DNA of 32,000 nucleotides from Vibrio cholerae ATCC 14035 (GCF_000621645.1 NZ_JHXR01000016.1:30001-62000), one strand, 5' to 3'; positions 8,684 to 18,297 are shown, counted from the first letter of the stretch. Notes: generated by a model from the sequence alone, not told the origin. Program-made: numbers and translations.

Positions 8684-9760
8684 TTAAACCGTATTTTTTG
8701 AACGCATCAATAAGATTAATAAATACATGCCCCCAACCAATCCCGTAATTCGCCCGATGGGAAGGGTTAAGGCGAGCGGCATCCACTGAGTGAGCAAATC
8801 AGCCCCCAACAGTAAGCAAGCTCCCATTAAACCTGCACTCACCAGCGGAATATTGGCGGTTTGACGCAAGCGAGCTGCAAGTTGAGGAGCGGCCAAAGCG
8901 ATAAAGGCGATCGGTCCTGCGGCTCCTGTCGCTAATGCCGCCAAAGTCACCGCGGCGAGAATCATGAATAAGCGTATCGGCTCGACTACGACCCCAAGTT
9001 GACGGGCAATCTCATCCCCCATCTCAAGCATCTGTAATGAGCGGGCAAGACTTTTGATAAGCGGCAGCAGCACCAACACGCCACACATGACAGGAAATAC
9101 GTGGCTCCATTCTCGGGCATGCAGTGAGCCCGATAACCATAAATTGGCGGTGATGGCGCTGTCTAAACTGCCTTTGACTAGCAGCAAGCCATTGAGCGCC
9201 GTCAACACTGAACCCACGCCAATTCCGGTTAGCACTAGCCGATAGCGCCCGACCGTGCCTGACTTTACCGACAACAGATAGACTGCGATGGCCGTCATGA
9301 CTCCGCCAGCAATCGCCGAAAAAACCACGGCAACCCCACTGCCGGAAAATAAAATAATTTGCAGCAAAGCCCCGGTGGCCGCGCCAGAGGTGAAACCAAT
9401 GATGTCCGGAGAACCAAGCGGATTACGAGAGATCGACTGAAAAATCGCGCCGGAAAGGCCTAAGGCCGCACCAGCAAACAGCGCCGTAAAAATCCGTGGT
9501 AAACGGATATCGAGTAAGACTTGCCGTTTGAACCCTGAGGTAACTTCCCCCAATAAAATGGCAGTGACGTCAGAGATTGAAATCGGCAATTTGCCGACAC
9601 AGGTCGCAAGTATCATCAAAGCCAAAACAATAAGGCTTAGCACCAACGCAACCGCAATGTTGCGCCGCTCAACACGCAGCGTGTATGCCCCTTTTCGCCA
9701 TAGCCAAAAGCGAGTTTGATTCGACCGACCTTCTGGGGCTACAGATGTGATAGTTTCCAT
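8684..9760 (-). CDS. viuG: Ferric-catecholate ABC transporter permease (FepG-like, FecCD family)
   Basis: 358 aa membrane protein. It resembles FepG (RNPLGSPDIIGF, LEMGDE, GPIAFIALAAPQLA). It overlaps the viuD stop by 22 nt. Confidence 0.9.
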   Translation of the reverse strand: METITSVAPEGRSNQTRFWLWRKGAYTLRVERRNIAVALVLSLIVLALMILATCVGKLPISISDVTAILLGEVTSGFKRQVLLDIRLPRIFTALFAGAALGLSGAIFQSISRNPLGSPDIIGFTSGAATGALLQIILFSGSGVAVVFSAIAGGVMTAIAVYLLSVKSGTVGRYRLVLTGIGVGSVLTALNGLLLVKGSLDSAITANLWLSGSLHAREWSHVFPVMCGVLVLLPLIKSLARSLQMLEMGDEIARQLGVVVEPIRLFMILAAVTLAALATGAAGPIAFIALAAPQLAARLRQTANIPLVSAGLMGACLLLGADLLTQWMPLALTLPIGRITGLVGGMYLLILLMRSKNTV

Positions 9761-10791
9761 CGTCTCACCAATAGCACAAAGACTGGCCCTCCGATTAAGG
9801 CGACCATGATCCCTGCGCTGATTTCATCGTTTGAACCGATTAGCCGCCCGGCCAGATCGGCACCTAACAATAACAGCGCCCCAAGCAACATAGAGTAAGG
9901 CAGTAAACGACGATGTTCAGCGCCCACCCAAAGCCGCGCTAAATGAGGCGCGGTTAAGCCAAGAAAACTGATTGGCCCTGCCGCTGCGGTTGCGGTGCCA
10001 GCCAACAGCGTGACCACGGCGGCAGAAGCTATCCAGATCCATAACGGATTGACGCCTAATGCTTTGCCCGCGTCATGCCCGAGCACCACAGTATCCAATC
10101 CGCGGGCGAGTAAGATAGCCGCGATCAACCCGAGTAGTACGAATACACTTGTCGGCAGCAAAACTTCATATCCTCTGCCTTGCAAAGAGCCAATCGACCA
10201 ATGTCGAAACTGGTTAAACACCTCTTGGGCGCTATTGAGCATAATCAAATGAGTCATAGACAAGAGCACCACCGTCATCGCCGCACCAGCCAGCACCACT
10301 CGAACGGGATTGGGTGATTGATTGATACCTGCCAGCAGATAAACGCCCACACTGGTTGCTGCCGCGCCAAATAAGCCAAACCACAAATAGTGCAGCATAT
10401 CGGTTAGACCAAACCCAGCAATGCCAATCACCACCATCAAGATTGCGCCCGCATTGACACCCAAAATGCCCGGATCCGCCAATGGGTTACGCGTCATCGC
10501 TTGCATGATAACGCCTGCAGCCCCGAGCGCTGCGCCCACCAATATCGCTAACCCCGTGCGCGGCACACGTAGGTAATGCACTAGAAGATGCTGAGTATTC
10601 TGCTCATCAAAATGAAACAGCGCATCGAAAGTCACGGCATAAGGAATGTCGCGAGATCCGACAAACACACTGCTTATCGTCAATCCCATCAATGCCACCA
10701 GCATCAACCCCATTAGCCAGTAATCACGCCCTGCCAACGTCGGATTTTCTCGCTTTGAGGACGCAACTCTTATTCCCATCAGCTCATTCAT
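9739..10791 (-). CDS. viuD: Ferric-catecholate ABC transporter permease (FepD-like, FecCD family)
   Basis: 350 aa. FecCD motifs are present (TRNPLADPGILGVNAGA, GPISFLGLTAPHLAR). Its ATG overlaps the viuP stop as ATGA (10788-10791). Confidence 0.9.
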   Translation of the reverse strand: MNELMGIRVASSKRENPTLAGRDYWLMGLMLVALMGLTISSVFVGSRDIPYAVTFDALFHFDEQNTQHLLVHYLRVPRTGLAILVGAALGAAGVIMQAMTRNPLADPGILGVNAGAILMVVIGIAGFGLTDMLHYLWFGLFGAAATSVGVYLLAGINQSPNPVRVVLAGAAMTVVLLSMTHLIMLNSAQEVFNQFRHWSIGSLQGRGYEVLLPTSVFVLLGLIAAILLARGLDTVVLGHDAGKALGVNPLWIWIASAAVVTLLAGTATAAAGPISFLGLTAPHLARLWVGAEHRRLLPYSMLLGALLLLGADLAGRLIGSNDEISAGIMVALIGGPVFVLLVRRWKLSHL

Positions 10792-11765
10792 GGCATGACT
10801 AAAGATTGTGCTTGCTCGCCAGCAAAGCGTCGCAGCAGTGAGTTAATGATTTCTCGGGCACTGAACAGGTCAATGCGAAATGAGTTTTCACCCAATCCAT
10901 AAACTTGTTTGCGCTGGATCGAAGGCAAGTTTTTCAAAATCGGATCGTGGAGAAAAGCTTGAGCTTGCTGATCGGTCATCGTGATAAGAAACGTGGTTTC
11001 AGCCTGCAACTGAGTTAAATGCTCATAATGGATGCGCAGAAAATCTCGATGGACGATGGAACCCGCTTGCCATGCTGGATCTGGCTCCTCCAACACAACC
11101 CCGACCGATTGCAACAGTTGAGCATGAGCACTTTGCGCTTTCGCCACCGCATTGACCACACCGGGGCCGTGGTAGCTCACAATATTGGCGCGCCCTTTGG
11201 GCAGATCCAGCACATCTCGCACTTGCTTTGTCCACTGCTCAAAATTGTGTATTGTGCGCTCCGCTTGCTCTTCAAGTCCGGTAGCAAGCCCCAACTGCTG
11301 CGCCAAAGATTGCCAAGTTTGATCGCTGTAATCGACCAAGATGGTGGGAGCAATCGCTTGTAAAAGGGGAATTTGATCGCGAGCGGAATCCGCGCCTATC
11401 ATGGAAACCACGATCAAATCAGGTTGTTCGACATACACCGATTCGAGATCGACACTTCCCGCAGGCCAAAGTTTTTTCACTTGGCGCAGCTCTGCCAGCT
11501 TTCGCCACTGCTCAAAAAAGGTGCTTTGCGTGGTCGCAGCACTAGCAATAACTGGCGCATCTATCGCCAGCAGTGTTCCGGTCACCGTGACGGCCGTCGA
11601 CAAAATTCGCTTTGGCTGAGAGGGAATCGTCGTGATTGAACCGTCCGCATTCTGAAAGGTTCTTGGCCAAACATTCTGCTGCGCGCTGACAAAACCACTG
11701 AACAGGCAACCCAATATCACAGACAATAAAATAAAAATGTTTTTCATTGTAATATTGATTCTCAT
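10788..11765 (-). CDS. viuP: Periplasmic ferric-vibriobactin/enterobactin binding protein (class III SBP)
   Basis: 325 aa with the signal sequence MKNIFILLSVILGCLFSGFVSA-QQ. This could be read as a lipobox (ILGC) or as an SPase I site. It is first in the viuPDGC order. The start could be 11765 or the second ATG at 11747. Confidence 0.85.
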   Translation of the reverse strand: MRINITMKNIFILLSVILGCLFSGFVSAQQNVWPRTFQNADGSITTIPSQPKRILSTAVTVTGTLLAIDAPVIASAATTQSTFFEQWRKLAELRQVKKLWPAGSVDLESVYVEQPDLIVVSMIGADSARDQIPLLQAIAPTILVDYSDQTWQSLAQQLGLATGLEEQAERTIHNFEQWTKQVRDVLDLPKGRANIVSYHGPGVVNAVAKAQSAHAQLLQSVGVVLEEPDPAWQAGSIVHRDFLRIHYEHLTQLQAETTFLITMTDQQAQAFLHDPILKNLPSIQRKQVYGLGENSFRIDLFSAREIINSLLRRFAGEQAQSLVMP

Positions 11766-11766
11766 T
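11748..11766. promoter_or_regulatory. Fur-box-like sequence at the viuP 5' end
   Basis: tgtaatattgattctcatt matches 13 of 18 defined positions of the Fur 19-mer AATGATAATNATTATCATT, and the right half is 8 of 9. It overlaps the two candidate viuP start codons. Confidence 0.4.
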
Positions 11767-11898
11767 TCGTTAAAAGTTTACTATCGCTCATCAATCATCT
11801 TAGGGTGGACTCTAGAGACAGAGGGGTGAGTAAAAAGTGAACTCAGTATAGCCATGCCCCCTCAGGCTCGCAACCAAGCCACCGAACACCGCCTCACG

Positions 11899-11917
11899 CG
11901 AAAGAGTAATTATGATT
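11899..11917. promoter_or_regulatory. Weak Fur-box-like half-site upstream of vibH
   Basis: The right half attatgatt (11909-11917) is 8 of 9 to ATTATCATT, but the left half is poor, giving 11 of 18 overall. It lies 32 nt upstream of the vibH ATG. Confidence 0.25.
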
Positions 11918-11948
11918 CTCCAACTGGATAAGGCTTAATATCGTGTCT

Positions 11949-13259
11949 ATGTTATTGGCTCAAAAGCCTTTTTGGCAGCGCCATCTGGCTTATCCTCACA
12001 TTAATCTCGACACCGTTGCCCATTCGCTACGCCTGACAGGGCCTTTAGATACCACACTTTTGCTGCGCGCATTGCATTTAACCGTCAGTGAGATAGATCT
12101 GTTCCGTGCTCGCTTTTCTGCGCAAGGTGAGCTGTATTGGCACCCATTTTCTCCGCCTATCGACTATCAAGACCTCAGCATCCACCTTGAAGCAGAACCT
12201 TTAGCTTGGCGGCAAATAGAGCAGGATTTACAGCGCTCAAGCACACTGATTGACGCGCCAATAACGAGCCATCAAGTGTATCGTTTGTCACACAGTGAGC
12301 ACCTTATCTATACCCGTGCGCACCACATTGTGCTGGACGGTTATGGCATGATGCTGTTTGAGCAGCGCCTCAGCCAACATTACCAATCCTTGCTCAGTGG
12401 GCAGACGCCAACTGCCGCGTTTAAACCTTATCAATCCTATCTGGAAGAAGAGGCGGCTTATCTTACCAGCCATCGCTACTGGCAAGATAAGCAGTTTTGG
12501 CAAGGCTATTTACGCGAAGCTCCCGACTTAACGCTCACCTCTGCAACCTATGATCCTCAACTTAGTCATGCCGTGAGCCTCTCTTACACACTCAATAGCC
12601 AACTCAACCATTTGTTACTCAAGCTCGCTAACGCGAATCAGATTGGCTGGCCTGATGCCTTAGTCGCGCTGTGCGCGCTCTATTTGGAATCGGCTGAACC
12701 TGATGCGCCTTGGCTGTGGCTGCCCTTTATGAACCGATGGGGCAGCGTGGCCGCTAATGTGCCCGGTTTAATGGTTAACTCGCTGCCCTTGCTGCGTCTT
12801 TCTGCGCAGCAAACCTCGCTCGGCAACTACCTTAAACAGTCAGGGCAAGCGATACGCTCACTCTATTTGCATGGCCGCTATCGAATTGAACAAATCGAAC
12901 AAGATCAAGGGCTAAATGCTGAGCAAAGTTATTTTATGAGCCCATTTATCAATATTTTGCCTTTTGAATCCCCACACTTTGCTGATTGCCAGACTGAGCT
13001 CAAGGTGCTGGCTTCAGGCTCTGCAGAAGGGATTAATTTTACCTTTCGTGGCTCACCCCAGCATGAACTCTGTCTAGACATCACCGCAGATTTAGCCAGC
13101 TACCCGCAATCCCACTGGCAAAGTCATTGCGAGCGGTTTCCACGTTTTTTCGAGCAGTTACTCGCCCGTTTCCAACAGGTGGAGCAAGATGTTGCACGCC
13201 TACTCGCAGAGCCTGCGGCATTGGCAGCCACCACCTCCACACGGGCTATCGCCAGTTGA
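11949..13259 (+). CDS. vibH: Free-standing NRPS condensation-domain amide synthase (links DHB to norspermidine)
   Basis: The condensation-domain catalytic motif HHIVLDGYG (HHxxxDG) is present. No A or T domain is attached. The track start at 11943 is a GTG, and the ATG at 11949 gives MLLAQKPFWQRH... (436 aa). Confidence 0.9.
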   Translation: MLLAQKPFWQRHLAYPHINLDTVAHSLRLTGPLDTTLLLRALHLTVSEIDLFRARFSAQGELYWHPFSPPIDYQDLSIHLEAEPLAWRQIEQDLQRSSTLIDAPITSHQVYRLSHSEHLIYTRAHHIVLDGYGMMLFEQRLSQHYQSLLSGQTPTAAFKPYQSYLEEEAAYLTSHRYWQDKQFWQGYLREAPDLTLTSATYDPQLSHAVSLSYTLNSQLNHLLLKLANANQIGWPDALVALCALYLESAEPDAPWLWLPFMNRWGSVAANVPGLMVNSLPLLRLSAQQTSLGNYLKQSGQAIRSLYLHGRYRIEQIEQDQGLNAEQSYFMSPFINILPFESPHFADCQTELKVLASGSAEGINFTFRGSPQHELCLDITADLASYPQSHWQSHCERFPRFFEQLLARFQQVEQDVARLLAEPAALAATTSTRAIAS

Positions 13260-13270
13260 AAGATGAACGA

Positions 13271-14059
13271 TCAATGATCGAGCGTGGCTCCACCATCCAC
13301 TCGTAAATCATGCAGCGTGATGTGACCTGCGTTATCGGATAACAAAAACAGGACCGCTTGAGCAATATCCGCTGGCTCGGCAATTTTATTGAGCGGGATC
13401 CCCAACCGAAATTGCGCAGCATCTCCGGCAATGACTTGTGCCTCACCATACTGCTCAGTCCAAAGCTGTTGCTGCATAGCGGTGCGAGTGGAGCCGGGAC
13501 TGACCAAATTACAACGAATTCCGTAAGGGGCTAGCTCCATACCAATGCACTTAACCAGCATGTGTAATGCGGCTTTCGAAGCGCCATAAGCCCCAATCGA
13601 CATGCGCGGCGTATTGGCAGCATTAGACCCAATAATCACCATACTTCCCTGCTGACGCGCTTTCATACTTGAAGCGACACCTTGCATACAGGCCAACACA
13701 CCAAAAGCATTCACGGTAAAAATAGAACTCACTTGTTCCATTGGCATTTCATGCAATGGCGCAACATGTAGGATTCCTGCACAGCAGACCAGATGATCAA
13801 ATCCCGCCACTTGCTCAGCCCATTGATTGACTTGCTCGCGCACCGCTTCAGGCTCTGCTAAGTCGAGTTTTTTTAAAGTGAGCTGGTCCGGATAACGCCC
13901 CAATAACGACTCACTCTGCTCTAGCAACAACTGCCACTCACAATCTGCCGCCATCACTTGCGCTCCCGCTTGCAATAAATGTTCAAGCACGGAGAACCCT
14001 ATCCCACGCGCTGACCCCACTAGAAGAACCTTGCTGTTAACCAACGACATATCTTTCAT
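13271..14059 (-). CDS. vibA: 2,3-dihydro-2,3-dihydroxybenzoate dehydrogenase (SDR, EntA-like)
   Basis: SDR motifs are present: GSARGIG for the dinucleotide fold and YGASKAAL as the catalytic YxxxK. The protein aligns along its whole length with E. coli EntA. The ATG at 14050 has better spacing from the AGGGGA Shine-Dalgarno and matches the EntA N-terminal length, so the start could be 14059 or 14050. Confidence 0.9.
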   Translation of the reverse strand: MKDMSLVNSKVLLVGSARGIGFSVLEHLLQAGAQVMAADCEWQLLLEQSESLLGRYPDQLTLKKLDLAEPEAVREQVNQWAEQVAGFDHLVCCAGILHVAPLHEMPMEQVSSIFTVNAFGVLACMQGVASSMKARQQGSMVIIGSNAANTPRMSIGAYGASKAALHMLVKCIGMELAPYGIRCNLVSPGSTRTAMQQQLWTEQYGEAQVIAGDAAQFRLGIPLNKIAEPADIAQAVLFLLSDNAGHITLHDLRVDGGATLDH

Positions 14060-14091
14060 CCCCTATCACAAACGAGATCAACCTTCACAAT

Positions 14092-14110
14092 CATCACTTT
14101 GATTATCAGA
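14092..14110. promoter_or_regulatory. Weak Fur-box-like sequence on the vibA side of the divergent promoter
   Basis: catcactttgattatcaga matches 11 of 18 consensus positions, and the right half attatcaga is 7 of 9. Confidence 0.25.
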
Positions 14111-14136
14111 CCAAATGGAAATTGCTTGCATTTATT

Positions 14137-14155
14137 AATAAAAACTATTCTCATT
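14137..14155. promoter_or_regulatory. Fur box candidate in the vibA/vibC divergent promoter region
   Basis: aataaaaactattctcatt matches 14 of 18 positions of AATGATAATNATTATCATT. It lies 72 nt upstream of the vibC ATG at 14227 and shares the attctcatt half-site with the viuP candidate. Confidence 0.55.
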
Positions 14156-14226
14156 TGAATGTAAGCAAATGTAATCTGTTGCGCTTGGCAACGCAACCCA
14201 TTCACTCGCAAATATGGATAAACAAC

Positions 14227-15414
14227 ATGGTCATGAAGCGTGAAGTGGTCGGATACACCACTATGTCTGAACATCTGATCGACACCCAACTCACTCGCTC
14301 ACCGTTTTTCTTTGCCTCAGCAAACCAGTCAATGCTCGGTTGTGGGGTCGCTCATGCTTTTCAGCAAGCCATTCCTTTTGCTGAACTGGCTAACCAAGCC
14401 AAACAGCTTTTGCAGCAGGCCAAACGTGATGAGTGCGACAATCCATTACTGTTTGGCATAGTGCCGTTTGACCCTAAAACACCGACTCGATTTATGATTC
14501 CGCGCACCTTATACGTGTCGAGTAGCCCGCGCTTAAACCGTCCAGCTCACCTCACCCGCCAAGTGGCTAAACTCATCTCCTCGCCATCAGGAGAGCAATA
14601 CAAGCAAGGTGTAAGCCATCTGCTCAACATGTTTCATCACTCTGGGCTGTCTAAAGTGGTGCTGTCGCGCGCCATTGAAATTGCCACCGAGCAAGAGATA
14701 GCACTACCGACCTTGCTGCGTAGTCTGCTCGCCATTAATCATCACGGCTATACTTTTGCGGCCAGCTTGGACGAGCAGAGAAAGCTGATTGGTGCAAGCC
14801 CTGAACTCTTGGTCGCCAAACGCGGAAACTATCTCATCTCAAACCCACTGGCTGGCTCGCGCCCGAGAAGTCAAGATGCCCAAGAAAATGCGCAGCGCCG
14901 TGCCTCACTGCTCAATACCGCCAAAGATTTGCATGAGCACGGTTTAGTCGTCGAAGAAGTCGAGCGGATCATGAGCCGCTACTGTCGTAACTTGTACACC
15001 CCCATGGTGCCTTCTGTGATTGAAACCGAAACCATGCTGCACCTCTCAACCCTACTTGAAGGACAAGTCAGCGATCCTGAGGTTTGTGCTTTGCAAGTCG
15101 CCGCCGATTTACACCCCACTCCAGCCGTATGCGGTTTTCCGCGCGAATCGGCTTATCAAGCAATAAGAGAGCTGGAAGAATTTGATCGTGGCTACTTCAC
15201 TGGCATGGTCGGTTGGTGTGATGCACGTGGCAATGGTGAGTGGGTAGTCACCATTCGCTGTGCTGAAGTGGGATCTCACCAAATGAAGCTTTTTGCTGGC
15301 GCAGGGATTGTCGATGAGTCGTTACCACAAAGTGAACTGGAAGAGACGGGCGCGAAGATGAAAACCATCTTGGCTGCGGCAGGTATTGAGCTCAACGATG
15401 TGCTCACCGCTTAA
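14227..15414 (+). CDS. vibC: Isochorismate synthase (EntC-like)
   Basis: Menaquinone/siderophore isochorismate synthase motifs are present (GASPELLV, PLAGSRPR, LHPTPAVCGFP, GWCDARGNGEWVVTIRCA). The track ORF begins at a TTG (14122) inside the promoter and Fur-box region. In-frame ATGs occur at 14227, 14233 and 14263. I chose 14227 (395 aa), but the start is uncertain. Confidence 0.88.
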   Translation: MVMKREVVGYTTMSEHLIDTQLTRSPFFFASANQSMLGCGVAHAFQQAIPFAELANQAKQLLQQAKRDECDNPLLFGIVPFDPKTPTRFMIPRTLYVSSSPRLNRPAHLTRQVAKLISSPSGEQYKQGVSHLLNMFHHSGLSKVVLSRAIEIATEQEIALPTLLRSLLAINHHGYTFAASLDEQRKLIGASPELLVAKRGNYLISNPLAGSRPRSQDAQENAQRRASLLNTAKDLHEHGLVVEEVERIMSRYCRNLYTPMVPSVIETETMLHLSTLLEGQVSDPEVCALQVAADLHPTPAVCGFPRESAYQAIRELEEFDRGYFTGMVGWCDARGNGEWVVTIRCAEVGSHQMKLFAGAGIVDESLPQSELEETGAKMKTILAAAGIELNDVLTA

Positions 15415-15424
15415 GGAGATAAGA

Positions 15425-17056
15425 ATGACAACCGATTTTACCCCTTGGCCAGAGGCACTTGCCGCTCAATACCGTCAGTTAGGCTACTGGCAAGATAAAA
15501 CCTTGCTCGATTACTTACAGCAAAGTGCTGAGCGTACCCCCAATGCGCTTGCGCTGGTCGGTGATAATCAGCAGTGGCGTTACCAAGCCATGCTCGAACG
15601 TATTGAGCAGCTTGCTGCCGGATTTACCGAACTTGGGCTAGGCTGTGGCGATAACGTAGTGCTGCAATTAGGCAATGTTGCGGAATTCTATTTATGCTTT
15701 TTCGCTTTGCTGCGCCAAGGCATACGACCGATTCTGGCGCTCCCCGCTCACCGTTTAGCGGAAATTCGCTATTTTTGTCAGCACAGCCAAGCCAAAGCTT
15801 ACCTCATTGATGGCGCTCAGCGACCATTTGACTATCAAGCTTTGGCGCAAGAGCTGCTTGCTTGCTGCCCAACACTGCAGACTGTGATTGTACGCGGCCA
15901 AACTCGAGTGACAGATCCAAAATTTATTGAACTGGCGAGTTGCTACTCGGCATCATCTTGTCAAGCGAATGCCGACCCGAATCAAATCGCCTTTTTCCAA
16001 CTTTCCGGTGGCACAACGGACACGCCCAAGCTCATCCCGCGTACCCACAATGATTACGCCTACAGCGTAACCGCCAGTGTCGAAATTTGCCGTTTTGATC
16101 AGCATACTCGCTATCTGTGCGTACTGCCCGCGGCACATAACTTCCCTCTCAGCTCCCCCGGCGCACTCGGTGTTTTCTGGGCGGGTGGCTGCGTTGTCCT
16201 CAGTCAAGATGCGTCACCCCAACACGCGTTTAAATTGATAGAACAGCATAAAATTACTGTTACCGCGTTGGTGCCGCCTTTAGCACTACTCTGGATGGAT
16301 CACGCAGAAAAAAGCACCTACGATCTCTCCTCATTGCACTTTGTGCAAGTAGGCGGGGCAAAATTTAGTGAAGCGGCCGCAAGGCGTCTGCCGAAAGCGC
16401 TAGGCTGCCAATTGCAACAAGTGTTTGGAATGGCAGAAGGCTTGGTCAATTACACTCGTTTGGATGACAGTGCGGAACTGATTGCTACAACTCAAGGTCG
16501 GCCTATCTCCGCTCACGATCAATTACTGGTGGTTGATGAGCAGGGTCAACCTGTCGCCAGCGGAGAAGAAGGGTATCTGTTAACCCAAGGTCCCTATACG
16601 ATTCGCGGTTACTATCGAGCTGATCAGCACAATCAACGAGCGTTCAATGCACAAGGTTTTTACATCACCGGCGATAAAGTCAAACTCAGTAGCGAAGGTT
16701 ACGTGATTGTCACCGGAAGGGCCAAAGATCAGATCAATCGTGGAGGGGAAAAGATTGCCGCCGAAGAGGTGGAAAATCAGCTTTTACATCATCCAGCAGT
16801 GCATGATGCCGCTTTAATTGCCATCAGTGACGAATACCTAGGAGAGCGCAGTTGCGCGGTGATCGTACTCAAACCCGAGCAGTCGGTGAATACCATCCAG
16901 CTCAAACGTTTTTTACACCAAGCGGGGCTCGCCGATTACAAAATCCCAGATCAAATCCAATTTATCGATCAACTGCCCAAAACATCGGTTGGAAAAATCG
17001 ATAAGAACGCGCTTCGTCGTCGATTTGACACGCTCGGCTTAGCGTTAATGTCGTGA
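15425..17056 (+). CDS. vibE: 2,3-dihydroxybenzoate-AMP ligase (EntE-like adenylating enzyme)
   Basis: The ATG at 15425 is preceded by AAGGAG (15413-15418), which overlaps the vibC stop. The protein begins MTTDFTPWPEALAAQYRQLGYWQ, and the AMP-binding motif is LSGGTTDTPKLIPRTH. 543 aa. Confidence 0.93.
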   Translation: MTTDFTPWPEALAAQYRQLGYWQDKTLLDYLQQSAERTPNALALVGDNQQWRYQAMLERIEQLAAGFTELGLGCGDNVVLQLGNVAEFYLCFFALLRQGIRPILALPAHRLAEIRYFCQHSQAKAYLIDGAQRPFDYQALAQELLACCPTLQTVIVRGQTRVTDPKFIELASCYSASSCQANADPNQIAFFQLSGGTTDTPKLIPRTHNDYAYSVTASVEICRFDQHTRYLCVLPAAHNFPLSSPGALGVFWAGGCVVLSQDASPQHAFKLIEQHKITVTALVPPLALLWMDHAEKSTYDLSSLHFVQVGGAKFSEAAARRLPKALGCQLQQVFGMAEGLVNYTRLDDSAELIATTQGRPISAHDQLLVVDEQGQPVASGEEGYLLTQGPYTIRGYYRADQHNQRAFNAQGFYITGDKVKLSSEGYVIVTGRAKDQINRGGEKIAAEEVENQLLHHPAVHDAALIAISDEYLGERSCAVIVLKPEQSVNTIQLKRFLHQAGLADYKIPDQIQFIDQLPKTSVGKIDKNALRRRFDTLGLALMS

Positions 17057-17104
17057 AATCAATGTAAAGACAATGAGTGAGTAGAGGGAATCCTTGAATA
17101 AGCG

Positions 17105-17148
17105 GTTCCCTTCCTACTTAGAATCCGTGTGTTAAGCAGGAAGGGAAC
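17105..17148. terminator. Candidate hairpin between the convergent vibE and vibB genes
   Basis: gttcccttcct (17105-17115) pairs with aggaagggaac (17138-17148): an 11-bp stem with a 22-nt loop. An upstream agggaa segment could form an alternative pairing. There is no clear T-run on either strand. Confidence 0.35.
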
Positions 17149-17156
17149 TCGTTCAA

Positions 17157-18038
17157 TCACGCAGAGCAAGGTTGATGTAAATTGGCTTGAATGGTCTGCC
17201 ACCACTGCTGCAAAGTGACATGCTCCATCAGTTGAGCAAAGCTAATATCAGCACCTTGGGCTTTCCATTTTTCCAACAACTGAATCGCGCGAATCGAATC
17301 TAAACCGAGAAACAGAAGATTCTCCTGCACATCCACTTCATCCACACTCAGATTGAGCGCAGCGGCCACATCGTGTTGCATGGTTCGCAAGCTTAAGCCA
17401 GTAAGCTTTGAGTGTTGGGCGGCAATCTCTAAACACGCTTGTTGAGTGGATTTGACCGCACCAGTACGACCACTGATATAACGCAGACTGAATTCGTGAT
17501 CACTGAGCGAGAAATCTGCCACGCCATCCCCAATCACAAAAGGCTGAATATCGAACATAAAGGCATCCAACGCAGTCGAGAGAATGCCAATGTGCGCATA
17601 GACACCCGTAATGATTAACTGATCCCGCCCTGTTTCACGCAGCCAATCCAATAACGGCGACTTTTTAAACGCGCTATAACGCCATTTGGTGAGCTGAACA
17701 TCACCTGATTCTGGAGCAAGAGGCGCAATGATCGCCGTCTCTTCACTCAAACCGGGCCCCCAAAAATCGCTCAATAGTGCTCGCTCGGCAGGATCTTGAT
17801 TCGCGGGTTGAGCCGTATAGACCACAGGGATCCCCGCTTGCTTGGCATGAGCTTTAAGCTGTTGTATATGCTTGATTAAACTTGGGATGGGTTCTGCCTG
17901 CGAGTCAAAATAGTGTACAAAGTACTCCTGCATATCATGGATAAGCAGTACCGCCCGCGATGCATCAATGCGCCAATCGACTTTATTAGTCGGTAATGAT
18001 ACGGGTAAAGGGTAAGAAGCGATTTTAGGAATAGCCAT
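17157..18038 (-). CDS. vibB: Bifunctional isochorismatase / aryl carrier protein (EntB-like)
   Basis: 293 aa. The N-terminal isochorismatase domain includes [13 protein letters not shown]. The C-terminal ArCP carries the phosphopantetheine attachment motif [11 protein letters not shown]. Confidence 0.93.
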   Translation of the reverse strand: MAIPKIASYPLPVSLPTNKVDWRIDASRAVLLIHDMQEYFVHYFDSQAEPIPSLIKHIQQLKAHAKQAGIPVVYTAQPANQDPAERALLSDFWGPGLSEETAIIAPLAPESGDVQLTKWRYSAFKKSPLLDWLRETGRDQLIITGVYAHIGILSTALDAFMFDIQPFVIGDGVADFSLSDHEFSLRYISGRTGAVKSTQQACLEIAAQHSKLTGLSLRTMQHDVAAALNLSVDEVDVQENLLFLGLDSIRAIQLLEKWKAQGADISFAQLMEHVTLQQWWQTIQANLHQPCSA

Positions 18039-18185
18039 GAAAGTACATCATCCTTATTGATACTCAGCCAACTGAGCGTTGTTAGTGTTGTTATGTCATC
18101 GCACGACGCAGCAGAAGCAGCCATTCGGCCGAATCTTCTGCCGATCAATAATGCAACGATGCTAACAACATCACTCATGGATGTA

Positions 18186-18204
18186 AATAATAACAATTAT
18201 CATT
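18186..18204. promoter_or_regulatory. Strong Fur box upstream of vibB
   Basis: aataataacaattatcatt matches 16 of 18 defined positions of AATGATAATNATTATCATT. On the minus strand it overlaps a candidate promoter, TTGGAT (18212-18207) - 17 nt - TATTTA (18189-18184). Confidence 0.75.
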
Positions 18205-18297
18205 TAATCCAATTTCACTTCATGGCGGCGCTTCTCATTGCTCATAAGCACCAAACGTTGTGAGCTTCCCTCTCCTCACTCCGTTGAAAATCGCCCA

